From the NCBI GenBank assembly GCA_035566495.1, contig DATMRG010000012.1:1-62810 (forward strand): a stretch of 62,810 nt of DNA, in the 5' to 3' direction. The notes beneath the pieces were generated by a model that was given only the letters and a program-made list of their open reading frames with translations, was not told the DNA's origin and did no database searches. A program made the translations under genes and the position numbers. The stretch comes from Steroidobacteraceae bacterium (GTDB taxonomy: Bacteria > Pseudomonadota > Gammaproteobacteria > Steroidobacterales > Steroidobacteraceae). Of the stretch, positions 25,988 through 35,342 are shown one piece after another (the first letter of the stretch is position 1; each line of letters opens with the position of its first letter).

Positions 25988-28030
25988 GTGCTGTCATGGT
26001 TCAAGCGACTCAAGCGCTCGGCCGCGCTGCTGTGCGCCGCGTGCGCAGTCGGCGCAGCGGCGCAGGCGGATCCGCTGAGTGCCTACCTGCCCCTCAATCT
26101 CGAGCCCGAGATGGAGCGGCAGGTCGAGCGGGTCCTGATCCTCGCCGACGAGCCGATCCTCAAGCGCCCGATTCCGGTCGAGCTCGTCAAGGCGGCGCTG
26201 CCCGACGCCTGTAAAAAGGACGCCGCGCTCTGCGCGCGGGTGCGGCGTTATCTCGAGCGCTACGCACACGACTACGGCGTCACCCACGCGAGCGTCACCG
26301 GCGCCGCCACCAGCGGCGCGCACGTGGTCGTGCCGAATCAGTACGGACTCACCAGCAACGACAACTGGGAGCTCTCGGCACAGGGCTACGTGCAGCCGAG
26401 TGACTACCTGCTGGCGAGCGTCGGGGCGATCGCCTACTCGGGCCGCACCCAGGCCACGGGCTCGGTGCTGAGCGTCGGGGCCAGCTCGGCGCAGCTCGAC
26501 GCCGGCTACCGACCCCACTGGCTCTCGCCGATGACCGACACCGGCAGCATGCTCTACAGCACCGAGAGCCCGACCAGCCCCACGGTGACGCTCTCGAACT
26601 GGGAGCCGCTCACCCGCCTCGGATTCCAGTACGAGTTCGCGCTCGGCAAGCTGTCGCAGACCAGCGCCAACAGCGGCGCCAGCCTTCCCGGCGACAACAT
26701 CCTCTACAACGGTGTGTCGAGCCGCGGGAACCCGAAGCTCTTGAGCGCGCAGCTCTCGATCGAGCCCTTCCCCGGTTGGTCGCTCGGCGTCAATCGCAAC
26801 CTCGAGTACGGCGGCGGCAGCGGCTTGCCGAGCTCGGCGCGCTTTCTGCTGCGCGATTTCTTCAAGCCGAGCGGACTGTCACAGGAACAGGGAAACCAGC
26901 AGGCCTCCTACATCAGCCGCTTCATCTTCCCGGGCAAGACGCCCTTTGCCGTGTATTTCCAGTACGCGGGCGAGGACAACTCCAACGGCGGCAGCTATCT
27001 CCTCGGCAATGCCGCGCTCTCGGCCGGTATCGATTTTCCGCGCATTGGGCGCCACTTCGATGCGACCTACGAGTTCGCCGAGTGGCAGAACATCTGGTAC
27101 GTGCACTTCATTTATGCGGATGGCATGACCAACTACGGTGACGTACTCGGCACCTGGGGCGCCGATCAGCGCAATTTCGGCGACGCCGTCGGCGCGCGCA
27201 GCCAGATGCTGCGGCTCGGTTGGGAGCCGCCGTTCGGCGGTTATCTCGAGGCGCGCGCACACACGCTCGCCAATCAGACTTACTATGCGGGTGGTGGAGA
27301 GCGTCGGCAGTACACGCCCGGCCAGCCCCTGCCCTTCCCCTATTACCACTACTACGACGTGAGCCTCACCTACTCGAGGCCCTGGAACGACGTGACGGTC
27401 GGCGCGCAGGCAACCGCCGGGCGTGACGTCTACGGGGATTCCTTCACGCGCTTTGCGGCGTTCGTACGCTACGGGGGTGAGCCGCGCTCGCGCGCGGACG
27501 ATGCGCCGCCGGATGAAGGGGACTCCGAAGACGCGAAGCCGGACACCCACGGCGCCGAGTGGTTCGTCGATGCCGGCGTCAACGCCAACCAGGTGCGCGT
27601 CGACCTCGACGGCAGCGCCCCGATCACCACGTCGTCGGTTGGCACGGGTCCGCACTTCGGTCTCGGCGCGCGCCGCGCGGTCTCCACCTGGAACGACCTC
27701 GGCGTGCGCCTCGAGGTCGACGGGATCCAGGGTCACTCGCTGATCGGCGTGCGCGTGGTCGACTTTCGTCACCGCTTCGGCGATACGTTCGCGCTCAGCC
27801 TTTTCGCCGGGGTGGACCGCTACGACCTGGCGACACCCGCCTACTCGATGTACGGAGGTCTGGGCGTGCAGTGGCGCAACCTGCTGCCCGCCTGGGACCT
27901 CGGCTTCGACTTCCGCTACGGACAGAACATCGCCCGCGACCATGTGCTGCCGACCGACCCGCAGGGGCCGCGGCCCGACAGCTTCTACAAGATCGCGAGC
28001 GGCGTGCTCTATCTCTCGCGGCACTTCTGA
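25988..28030 (+). CDS. Wzi-family outer-membrane protein with an extra C-terminal beta-barrel-like domain
   Basis: GTG 25988 gives signal peptide VLSWFKRLKRSAALLCAACAVGAAAQA. Blocks GNQQASYISRFIF...AVYFQYAGEDNSNGG and YVHFIYADGMTNYGDVLGTWGAD parallel E. coli Wzi (GNQLAGFDFKF...FYGQMIGEDESG; YTHHIYKDGYYQQGYPLGDAMGGD). An acidic linker follows, then about 160 aa of alternating-hydrophobic strands ending LYLSRHF. Confidence 0.75.
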   Translation: MLSWFKRLKRSAALLCAACAVGAAAQADPLSAYLPLNLEPEMERQVERVLILADEPILKRPIPVELVKAALPDACKKDAALCARVRRYLERYAHDYGVTHASVTGAATSGAHVVVPNQYGLTSNDNWELSAQGYVQPSDYLLASVGAIAYSGRTQATGSVLSVGASSAQLDAGYRPHWLSPMTDTGSMLYSTESPTSPTVTLSNWEPLTRLGFQYEFALGKLSQTSANSGASLPGDNILYNGVSSRGNPKLLSAQLSIEPFPGWSLGVNRNLEYGGGSGLPSSARFLLRDFFKPSGLSQEQGNQQASYISRFIFPGKTPFAVYFQYAGEDNSNGGSYLLGNAALSAGIDFPRIGRHFDATYEFAEWQNIWYVHFIYADGMTNYGDVLGTWGADQRNFGDAVGARSQMLRLGWEPPFGGYLEARAHTLANQTYYAGGGERRQYTPGQPLPFPYYHYYDVSLTYSRPWNDVTVGAQATAGRDVYGDSFTRFAAFVRYGGEPRSRADDAPPDEGDSEDAKPDTHGAEWFVDAGVNANQVRVDLDGSAPITTSSVGTGPHFGLGARRAVSTWNDLGVRLEVDGIQGHSLIGVRVVDFRHRFGDTFALSLFAGVDRYDLATPAYSMYGGLGVQWRNLLPAWDLGFDFRYGQNIARDHVLPTDPQGPRPDSFYKIASGVLYLSRHF

Positions 28031-28058
28031 CCGCGTCGTCGCGCGGTCGGCGGCAGGC

Positions 28059-28526
28059 TCATGGTTCGAGGCGCACGATCTCGAGCTCGCCCGACTGAAA
28101 TGGCACCGCTTCGCCCGTCTCGTGGCCGAGCAGGGCCTGGGCGAGCGGCGACACCCAGCTCAGGAGCCCCCGTGCCACGTCCGCCTCGTCCTCGCCGACG
28201 AGCCGGAAGGACTGCTCCGCGCCACCTGCGTTGCGCAGCAGCACACGCACTCCGAAGCGCACACGGTCGGGAACTGTCGCGGCGGGCGCGACGACACGCG
28301 CCGTCGCGAGCCGCTGCGTGAAATAGCGCAGGTCGCGCTCGATGCGCGCGCGCTGGGTGCTGTCGCCGCCCGAGCGCGCCGCCTGCCGCTCGCTCTCGAG
28401 CGCGCGCACCTGCGCCTCGAGAGCCGCGAGACCGCCCGGAGTAACGAGGTTCGGATGGGCGCTGACCGGGCGCTCGGGCAGGGTTCCCGGATCATCGTCC
28501 GACTCGCGGGTGAACGCGCGGCTCAT
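28059..28526 (-). CDS. GreA/GreB-family (Rnk-like) transcription factor, 155 aa
   Basis: From ATG 28526 (ATGA overlap with the upstream SDR stop): MSRAFTRESDDD..., a coiled-coil LAALEAQVRALESERQAA, and the C-terminal domain SFRLVGEDEADVARGLLSWVSPLAQALLGHETGEAV. Confidence 0.8.
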   Translation of the reverse strand: MSRAFTRESDDDPGTLPERPVSAHPNLVTPGGLAALEAQVRALESERQAARSGGDSTQRARIERDLRYFTQRLATARVVAPAATVPDRVRFGVRVLLRNAGGAEQSFRLVGEDEADVARGLLSWVSPLAQALLGHETGEAVPFQSGELEIVRLEP

Positions 28527-29374
28527 ACCTGGGAGAGGGCGGTGAGTCGCACGCTCTCGCTCCAGAGCCGCGCTGCCCCCTCGTCGCAGCGGGCGGCGGC
28601 ACTCGGCTCGATCGGGCGACAATCGCGGTAGTAGCCGCCCGTCCGGCCCTCGACCTCGGGAGCGGTGGCCAGATACACGCTGGTTCGGGCTCCGTTCTTG
28701 ACCGAGCGCATGAAGGGACGCACCAGAGTGGCGAGCAGCAGGCGCAGCGGCGGCGGGAAGCCGCGAAACAACTCGCTGCTGACGAACCCCGGATGCAGCG
28801 CGTTCACGCTGATGCCGCTGCCCCGCAGGCGCCCGGCGAGCGCGCGCATGAAGAGAAGGTTGGCGAGCTTCGAGCGCTCGTAGGCGCGCAGGTAGCCGAC
28901 CCGGGCATTCATCAGATCGCCGAAATCGAGCCGCGCGCGGCGGTGCGCCTCGGAGGCAACCACGACGACGCGGGCCGGGACCGAGCGGCCGAGCGTCTCG
29001 AGCAGCAGGTTGGTGAGGAGAAAGGGCGCGAGGTGATTGACGCCGAAGGTGGCGTCGTAGCCCTCCGCCGTGCAGCGGCGCGCGGGGTCGATGAGTCCGG
29101 CGTTGTTGATGAGGACATCGAGGCGCGGCAGCCGCTCGAGCCGCCCGGCGAGCTCGCGCACCTCGTCGAGGTGCATGAAGTCCGCGCGGACGAAGCGTAC
29201 CGCGCGATTACCGCTCACGCGGGCGATATTCGCCACCACGCGCGCGCCGAGGTCATCATCGCGCCCATGCACCAGCACCGTCGCCCCGGCCGCGGCGAGG
29301 GCGTGCGCGGTGACGAGCCCGATACCGCGGGTGGCCCCGGTGACGAGGCAGGTTTTGCCGTTCATACTGCGCAC
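28523..29374 (-). CDS. SDR-family oxidoreductase (retinol-dehydrogenase-like)
   Basis: KTCLVTGATRGIGLVTA (TGxxxGxG), NNAG and YERSKLANLLF (YxxxK). Confidence 0.88.
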   Translation of the reverse strand: MRSMNGKTCLVTGATRGIGLVTAHALAAAGATVLVHGRDDDLGARVVANIARVSGNRAVRFVRADFMHLDEVRELAGRLERLPRLDVLINNAGLIDPARRCTAEGYDATFGVNHLAPFLLTNLLLETLGRSVPARVVVVASEAHRRARLDFGDLMNARVGYLRAYERSKLANLLFMRALAGRLRGSGISVNALHPGFVSSELFRGFPPPLRLLLATLVRPFMRSVKNGARTSVYLATAPEVEGRTGGYYRDCRPIEPSAAARCDEGAARLWSESVRLTALSQV

Positions 29375-29415
29375 GAGCCCTCTTTGGTCCGATGGTATCT
29401 GAAAGGTCGCAGAGC

Positions 29416-29973
29416 ATGCGCGCCCTGGGAATTCGAGCGCGAGCCGTGCTCGCCGCGGCGCTGGCCGCCGGCGCCGTGCTTGCCTGCAGCGGCGCCTCCG
29501 TGCAGGCGCCCTATCCCGCCCCCGAGTTCACCCACACGCAGGCCGCGGACTGGCTCAACAGCGCGCCACTCACGCTGGCGCGGCTGCACGGCAGAGTGGT
29601 GTTGGTCGAGGTCTGGGCCTTCGAGTGCGTCAATTGCCTCAACTCCAGGGCCTGGCTCGAATCCGTCGCGCAGTCAAAGGCCGCCGCGGGTCTGGTGGTG
29701 GTGGCGGTGCATACGCCGGAGCTGCGCGCTGAGCGCTCTCCCGACAACGTGCGCGCCGCAGTGGCGCGCCTCGGCATCCATTACCCGGTCATGATGGACG
29801 GCGACTACTCCTACTGGAACGCGCTCGGTAATCAGTACTGGCCCGCGTTCTATCTCATCGGCCGCGACGGCCTGATCCACGGGCGCGCCATCGGCGAGCT
29901 GCACTTCGGGGATGGCAGTGCGCGCCCGGTCGAGGCGCTCATCGACCAGCTGCTCGCGGTGGCGTCGTCATGA
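29416..29973 (+). CDS. Exported thioredoxin-fold (TlpA/redoxin-like) protein
   Basis: Signal peptide MRALGIRARAVLAAALAAGAVLACSGA. Thioredoxin-fold active site VVLVEVWAFECVNCLNS (CxxC), then YWPAFYLIGRDG. Confidence 0.8.
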   Translation: MRALGIRARAVLAAALAAGAVLACSGASVQAPYPAPEFTHTQAADWLNSAPLTLARLHGRVVLVEVWAFECVNCLNSRAWLESVAQSKAAAGLVVVAVHTPELRAERSPDNVRAAVARLGIHYPVMMDGDYSYWNALGNQYWPAFYLIGRDGLIHGRAIGELHFGDGSARPVEALIDQLLAVASS

Positions 29974-30626
29974 GCGCGATCGCGAGCGCGTTTCTGCTCA
30001 CCTTCGCCGGGCTCTTTCCCATCGTCAATCCGCTCGAGTCGGCGCCGTTTTTCCTCGGGCTCACCGCGGGGCTCTCGACCGAGGAGCGGCATACGCTGGC
30101 GCGCAAGGCCGCCGCCAATGGCTTCGCGCTGCTGCTCGGGTCGATGGCGCTCGGGCCGTGGCTGCTCGAGGCGTTAGGCATCGAGCTGCCGGTCGTGCGC
30201 ATCGCCGGAGGACTGGTGGTGACGGCGCTCGGCTGGAAGCTGCTGTCAGCCGAGCAGCTCTCCGAGCACGCGGTCGGCGCCGGAAGCGGAGGACCGGTGC
30301 GGAAAGTCGGCAGCTTCTATCCCCTCACCATGCCGCTGACGGTGGGCCCGGGCTCTATGTCGGTCGCGATCACGATCGGCAGCCGCAAGCCCGCCGGCTT
30401 CCCGCAGCTCTCGCAGCTCGCCGAGCACGCGACCGGAGCGCTCGGCGGCCTGATCGCCATCGGGCTCAGCATCTACCTCGCCTATCGGTTCGCCGAGAAC
30501 ATCGCGCGGCTGCTCGGCGACACCGGTCTCGAGGTGCTGGTGCGCCTGTCGGCATTCATCCTCATGTGCATCGGCATCGAGATCATCTGGAACGGCTACA
30601 GCGCGCTGCACGCCGCCGCCGGCTAA
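29970..30626 (+). CDS. marC: MarC-family (UPF0056) integral membrane protein
   Basis: MSAIASAFLLTFAGLFPIVNPLESAPFFLGLT... and YPLTMPLTVGPGSMSVAITIG. ATGA overlap with the upstream gene. Confidence 0.85.
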   Translation: MSAIASAFLLTFAGLFPIVNPLESAPFFLGLTAGLSTEERHTLARKAAANGFALLLGSMALGPWLLEALGIELPVVRIAGGLVVTALGWKLLSAEQLSEHAVGAGSGGPVRKVGSFYPLTMPLTVGPGSMSVAITIGSRKPAGFPQLSQLAEHATGALGGLIAIGLSIYLAYRFAENIARLLGDTGLEVLVRLSAFILMCIGIEIIWNGYSALHAAAG

Positions 30627-32344
30627 CGGTCCGCGCCCCCATCCGGCGCCAGCAGCTCGAGCACCGCCGTGCGCGCCGCGGCCGAATGCACCGGCAGGGC
30701 CAGCACGTCCCCGGGGCGTGCCCACTCGAGCGCGCAGCGCACCGCCTCGAGCTCACTCGCGCACATCGGCAGCGCCGAGGCCGGCAGGCCCGCTGCGAGC
30801 AGCGCCGCGTGGATGATGCGCGGAATCTCCCCCGGCGCGCGCCCGCGCAGGTGGCCTTCGTTCTCCTTCACCACCACGAGCGCTGGATGAAAGCCGGCGG
30901 CGACGCGCGCCAGGGCCTCGACCTCGGCGTCCTGGCGGTTGCCGGCGTGACCGAGCAGCGTGCCGAGCCGGCCCCCGGGCTTGCGCAAGTGCTCGGCGAC
31001 CTCGAGCAGCCCGCGCAGCCCTTCGGCGTTGTGGGCGTAGTCGACGAGAATCCGCACTCCGCCGCGCTCGAAGCGCATGAGGCGGCCGAAGTTGTCGTCG
31101 ACGCTCGAGCCGAAATGCGCGAACACCGCGGCGATGACCGGCGGCGGCACGCCGAGTGCCGTCGCGGCGATAGCCGCGCCCGCGAGGTTGGCGATGTTGT
31201 AGCGGGCGCTGCCGCCGAGCGTGAGCGGCATGGCGCTCACCTCGCCCAATTCGTGCTCCCCGCCGCCGTGTCTGAGCGTCAGCCGGCCGCCACGCACGCC
31301 GCAGGTCGTCCCGCCGCGCTCCCGGTGCGCGACCAGGAGCGGAGCGTCCGCGTCGAGCGCGAACCAGGCGAGCGCGGGCGCACGGCCGAAGCGCCGCGCC
31401 AGCTGTGGCGCTCTGGCCACCAGGCGCGAGTCGTCGCCGTTCAGCACCAGGAGTCCCGCGGGCTCCAGGACCCCGGCCACGGCGAGCTTGACGTCCGCCA
31501 GGCCGTCGAGATCGTCGATGCCGTACTCGCCGAAATGATCGGGGCTCACGTTGGTGACGAGCGCGACGTGCGCGTGGCTCAAGGCAATGCCGCGCCGCAG
31601 GATCCCGCCGCGCGCCGTCTCGACGATGGCGCAGCGGGCACGGCGCTCGCGGATGACGAGCCGCGCGCCGAGCGGCCCCGAGTAGTCGCCGCTGGCGAGC
31701 GCCGCGCCGCCGAGGAATACGCCGTCGGTACAGCAGTAGGCGCTCGTCCAGCCATGCGCCTCGGTGCAGGCCGCGAGCAGCCGCACCGAAGTGGTCTTGC
31801 CATTCGAGCCGGTGACGACGGCGGTCGGGATGTCATGGAGCACGCTCCATGGCACCGCGGCCGCCTCGGGGAGCGCGGCGAGCTCGTAGTCACGCCCGCC
31901 CGCTCCGGCGCCGAGCGTCAGGAGCGTCTCATCGAGCACGTGCGGCAGTGAATGCGCGGCGGCGGCATCGAGCAACCGCATGAGGTCCGGACGTGCCTCG
32001 CGTGCCGCGAGCGAGGTTAGGCGCTCGAGCGCCGCGCGCTCCTCCAGTACCGGCGCGACCAGGGTGGCGGGATCGTCCGCGCTCTCGAGGGCCGCGGCGG
32101 CGAGCGCTTCCCCGAGATGGCTCCAGCGTGCCGGGTCGCGCGCCAGGAGCGCCGCGCACAGCGCCCATTCGTTGACCTCGGTAGCGGTGAACAGCTGGTC
32201 GAGCGGAGCTGCGAGCGCGAGCGAGGCGCCGCCTGCGTGCGGCCGCGCAACGAGGCCCCAGAGCCCCCAGCCGAGCCGCGCCCGCGCCCGCAGGACGCGT
32301 ACCCGCCACTCCTCGAGCAACGCCGCGTCGGGCTCGATACCCAC
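30623..32344 (-). CDS. CphA paralogue consisting of a short N-terminal region plus the Mur-ligase-like (M) domain; ATP-grasp (G) domain absent (573 aa)
   Basis: VVTGSNGKTTSVRLLA...TDGVFLGG...VETARGGILRRG...VTNVSPDHFGEYGIDDL... parallels the M domain of the adjacent CphA (ITGTNGKTTTARML...TTDGVYIDG...LETARGGLLRAG...INVQPDHLGLKGIDTL). Only about 170 aa precede the P-loop. Confidence 0.85.
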   Translation of the reverse strand: MGIEPDAALLEEWRVRVLRARARLGWGLWGLVARPHAGGASLALAAPLDQLFTATEVNEWALCAALLARDPARWSHLGEALAAAALESADDPATLVAPVLEERAALERLTSLAAREARPDLMRLLDAAAAHSLPHVLDETLLTLGAGAGGRDYELAALPEAAAVPWSVLHDIPTAVVTGSNGKTTSVRLLAACTEAHGWTSAYCCTDGVFLGGAALASGDYSGPLGARLVIRERRARCAIVETARGGILRRGIALSHAHVALVTNVSPDHFGEYGIDDLDGLADVKLAVAGVLEPAGLLVLNGDDSRLVARAPQLARRFGRAPALAWFALDADAPLLVAHRERGGTTCGVRGGRLTLRHGGGEHELGEVSAMPLTLGGSARYNIANLAGAAIAATALGVPPPVIAAVFAHFGSSVDDNFGRLMRFERGGVRILVDYAHNAEGLRGLLEVAEHLRKPGGRLGTLLGHAGNRQDAEVEALARVAAGFHPALVVVKENEGHLRGRAPGEIPRIIHAALLAAGLPASALPMCASELEAVRCALEWARPGDVLALPVHSAAARTAVLELLAPDGGADR

Positions 32345-32433
32345 CGTCTCGAGCTGCGCGCCGGCTGACGCGAAGAAGAGGTTCGCGCCGCCGAGACGCC
32401 GCGAAGCCTCGAACGGCAGCGCGGGCAGCGCGT

Positions 32434-35271
32434 TCAGTCGTCGGCCTCCGGGGCGAACCGCACGCCGCGCTCATCGCGGATCAGGCCCTCGAGGCTCACC
32501 GCCGCCGCGGCCGGCGCGGCTCCCGCGCCGTCGCCGCCAAAGCCGGAGATGAAATGACCGTCCTCGCCGCGCGTCTCGGATGGGGCGGCCCGCGTCTCGC
32601 GCGGCGCGGCGCGCGCCGCGGCTCCGGCCGGCTTGAACTTGGTGATCTGCTTCCAGGAGCGCGTCAACTGATCGGCGAAGATCAGCACCAGATCGCCGGG
32701 CTGACCCATGTTGAGCGCGGTGTCGATCGCCTGCTGCTCGTCCGGGATGATCGAGATGGCATCGGCGGGCACGCCGGCCTCGCGCAGCGCCGCCGCCTGG
32801 ATGCGCGGTACCTCATCGGGTGCGCGGTCGCGCAGCCCGTCGTCGCGGCGGCAGATGTAGTGATCGAAGCGTCCGGCCGCGGCGCGCGCGATGGCGATGA
32901 GGTCCTCGTCGCGCCGGTCGCCGGGGCCGGCGAGCACCACGATGCGCCGCCCCTGCACGTCGAGGCGCTGCGCGAGCTCCGCCATCACGCTCACGGCGTG
33001 CGCGTTGTGACCGTAGTCGAACAGCACCTTGAAGGGATGCTCGTTGAACACGTTCATGCGGCCCGGCGCCTGGAAGAAGGTCGAGTCGAAGGTGCGCAGT
33101 CCCTGGCGGATCGCATCGAGCTTCACGCCGAGCGAGAACGCCATGGCCGCCGCGAACATGGCGTTCTGCACGTTGTGGACGGCACGGCCCTCGAGGGTCG
33201 CGGGAATCAGGTGGGTCCAGAGGAGCGGTATGTGCCCGCCGCGGTCGTAGAGGGTGATCATCTGGCCGTTGACGCCGGCCTCGAGCGCGCAGGCGCGCGC
33301 GCCGGCGCGGATGTGCTCGCGTACCAGAGCGTGCTGCGGGTTCATCGTGACATAGCAGATGTGCTTCGCTTCCGTATAGCCCGACATCCTCATCACCAGC
33401 GGGTCGTCGGCGTTCAGCACCGCGCAGTCGGTCGCCACCTCGACCACGATGCGCTTGACCTCGGCCAGCTGCTCGAGCGTGTCGATGCCCTTGAGCCCGA
33501 GGTGATCGGGCTGCACGTTGATCACCGCCCCGACGTTGACCTCGTTGACGCCCATGCCCGCGCGCAGCAACCCGCCGCGCGCGGTCTCGAGCACCGCGAT
33601 GTCGATCTGCGGATCGGCCAGCACCATGCGCGCCGAGACCGGCCCGGTCATGTCGCCCGGCACCGTGCGCTGGCCGTCGATGTAGACGCCGTCAGTCGTG
33701 GTGAGCCCGGTCGTGTAGCCGGCCATCTTGGCGATGTGGGCCAGCATGCGCGCGGTGGTGGTCTTGCCGTTGGTGCCGGTGATGGCGGCGATCGGCACGC
33801 GCGCCGAGGTCCCGGCCGGAAAGAGCATGTCGATCACCGGCGCGGCGACGTCGCGCGGCGTGCCCTCGCTCGGCGCCACGTGCATGCGGAAGCCGGGCGC
33901 CGCATTCACCTCGCAAATGCCGCCGCCGATCTTGCGGTAGCTTTCGGTGATGTTCCTGGAAAGGAAGTCGACGCCGCCGACGTCGAGCCCGATCGCGCGC
34001 ACGGCGCGCTCGGCCATCTCGCGGTTGTCGGGGTGGATCACGTCGGTCACGTCGGTAGCGGTGCCGCCGGTCGAGAGGTTGGCGGTGGAGCGCAGGTAGA
34101 TGATCTGCCCTTGGGCGGGAACCGCGCCGGGCGTCAGCTGCACCTTCTCGAGCATCTTGTGCGCCTGTGCGTCGAGCTCGAGGCGCGTCAGCACCTTCTC
34201 GTGCCCCACCCCACGGCGCGGGTCCTGGTTCACGATCTCTATGAGCTCCTCGACGCTGTGCTCGCCATCGCCGACCACGTGCCCCGGCGTGCGGCGCGTC
34301 GCGGCCACGAGCTCGCCATTCACGACCAGCAGGCGATGGTCCTCGCCCTCGAGGAAGGTCTCGACGATGACCGACCGCGAGTGCTCGCGCGCGAGGTTGA
34401 AGCCGTGCGCTACCTCCTCGTCAGTGCCGAGGCGGATCGAGATGCCGCGCCCGTGGTTGCCGTTATAGGGCTTGGTCACCACCGGGAAGCCGATGCGGCG
34501 CGCGGCGCGCACCGCCGCGGTCTCGCTCTGCACCAGCTCCTGCTTCGGCACCGGGAGACCGAGACCCGCCAGGATCTTGTTGGTCTCCTCCTTGTCGCTT
34601 GCGAGCTCGACCGAGATATGCGGCGTGCGGCCCGTGACGGTGGCCTGGATGCGCTGCTGGTACTTGCCGTGCCCGAGCTGCACCAGCGACTGGTCGTTGA
34701 GGCGCAGCCAGGGAATGCCGCGCGCCTCGGCCGCACGCACCAGCGACATGGTCGAGGGGCCGAGCGCGCGGCGCTGCGCGAAGCGGATGAACTGGTCGCG
34801 CGCCTCGGGCCAGCTCCAGCCGGCCGGCACCGAGTCCGGCGGCCGGATCGCCTCCGGCAGCAGCGAGGCGAGGAGCCGCAGCCCGAGCTCGCCCGCGGCG
34901 ATGCCCTCGTCGCGCTGCGCATATTCGTAGACCACGGTGTAGACACCGGCGGGCCCGGCGCTGCGGGTCTTGCCGAACGTGACCGCTTCGCCGGCAATGT
35001 TCTGCAGCTCGATCGCGACGTGCTCGAGCACGTGGCCGAGCCAGGTACCCTCGCCCTCGCGCATGCGGCGGAAGAAGCCGCCGGGCTCGCGGTACGAGCA
35101 GCCGTGCTCGGCCAGCCCGGGGAGAGCCGCTGCCAGCGCTTCGACGAACGGGCTCCCCAGGCGGCCGGTGGGCCAGGCCTCGAGCTCACCGAGCTCGAGC
35201 TCGAGGCGGATGACGGGAAAGCGTGCGTAGAGCGAGGGACCGACGTAGACGGAACGATCGAGGATGCGCAT
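32434..35271 (-). CDS. cphA: Cyanophycin synthetase (N domain + ATP-grasp + Mur-ligase-like domain), 945 aa
   Basis: MRILDRSVYVGPSLYARFPVIRLELELG..., ATP-grasp region VVTKPYNGNHGRGISI...VIVETFLEGEDHRLLVVNG...VGGVDFL, then the Mur-ligase P-loop ITGTNGKTTT. Confidence 0.93.
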   Translation of the reverse strand: MRILDRSVYVGPSLYARFPVIRLELELGELEAWPTGRLGSPFVEALAAALPGLAEHGCSYREPGGFFRRMREGEGTWLGHVLEHVAIELQNIAGEAVTFGKTRSAGPAGVYTVVYEYAQRDEGIAAGELGLRLLASLLPEAIRPPDSVPAGWSWPEARDQFIRFAQRRALGPSTMSLVRAAEARGIPWLRLNDQSLVQLGHGKYQQRIQATVTGRTPHISVELASDKEETNKILAGLGLPVPKQELVQSETAAVRAARRIGFPVVTKPYNGNHGRGISIRLGTDEEVAHGFNLAREHSRSVIVETFLEGEDHRLLVVNGELVAATRRTPGHVVGDGEHSVEELIEIVNQDPRRGVGHEKVLTRLELDAQAHKMLEKVQLTPGAVPAQGQIIYLRSTANLSTGGTATDVTDVIHPDNREMAERAVRAIGLDVGGVDFLSRNITESYRKIGGGICEVNAAPGFRMHVAPSEGTPRDVAAPVIDMLFPAGTSARVPIAAITGTNGKTTTARMLAHIAKMAGYTTGLTTTDGVYIDGQRTVPGDMTGPVSARMVLADPQIDIAVLETARGGLLRAGMGVNEVNVGAVINVQPDHLGLKGIDTLEQLAEVKRIVVEVATDCAVLNADDPLVMRMSGYTEAKHICYVTMNPQHALVREHIRAGARACALEAGVNGQMITLYDRGGHIPLLWTHLIPATLEGRAVHNVQNAMFAAAMAFSLGVKLDAIRQGLRTFDSTFFQAPGRMNVFNEHPFKVLFDYGHNAHAVSVMAELAQRLDVQGRRIVVLAGPGDRRDEDLIAIARAAAGRFDHYICRRDDGLRDRAPDEVPRIQAAALREAGVPADAISIIPDEQQAIDTALNMGQPGDLVLIFADQLTRSWKQITKFKPAGAAARAAPRETRAAPSETRGEDGHFISGFGGDGAGAAPAAAAVSLEGLIRDERGVRFAPEADD

Positions 35272-35342
35272 GGGTGTTGCTCGGCGTCGTAATAGTTGTT
35301 CAAGGCAACCGGACCAGGCGGAGACAGAGGGTTAAGTCTGGG

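Noticed and set aside
28029-28048. Hairpin GACCGCG-tcgtcg-CGCGGTC between the convergent Wzi-like and GreA-like genes as a terminator.
   Set aside because: The stem is short and no U-tract follows on either strand, so I cannot call it an intrinsic terminator with confidence.
29912-35292. Plus-strand ORFs 29912-31951 (679 aa) and 32554-35292 (912 aa).
   Set aside because: They are antisense to the two cyanophycin-synthetase-type genes, which have ATP-grasp and Mur-ligase motifs on the minus strand.
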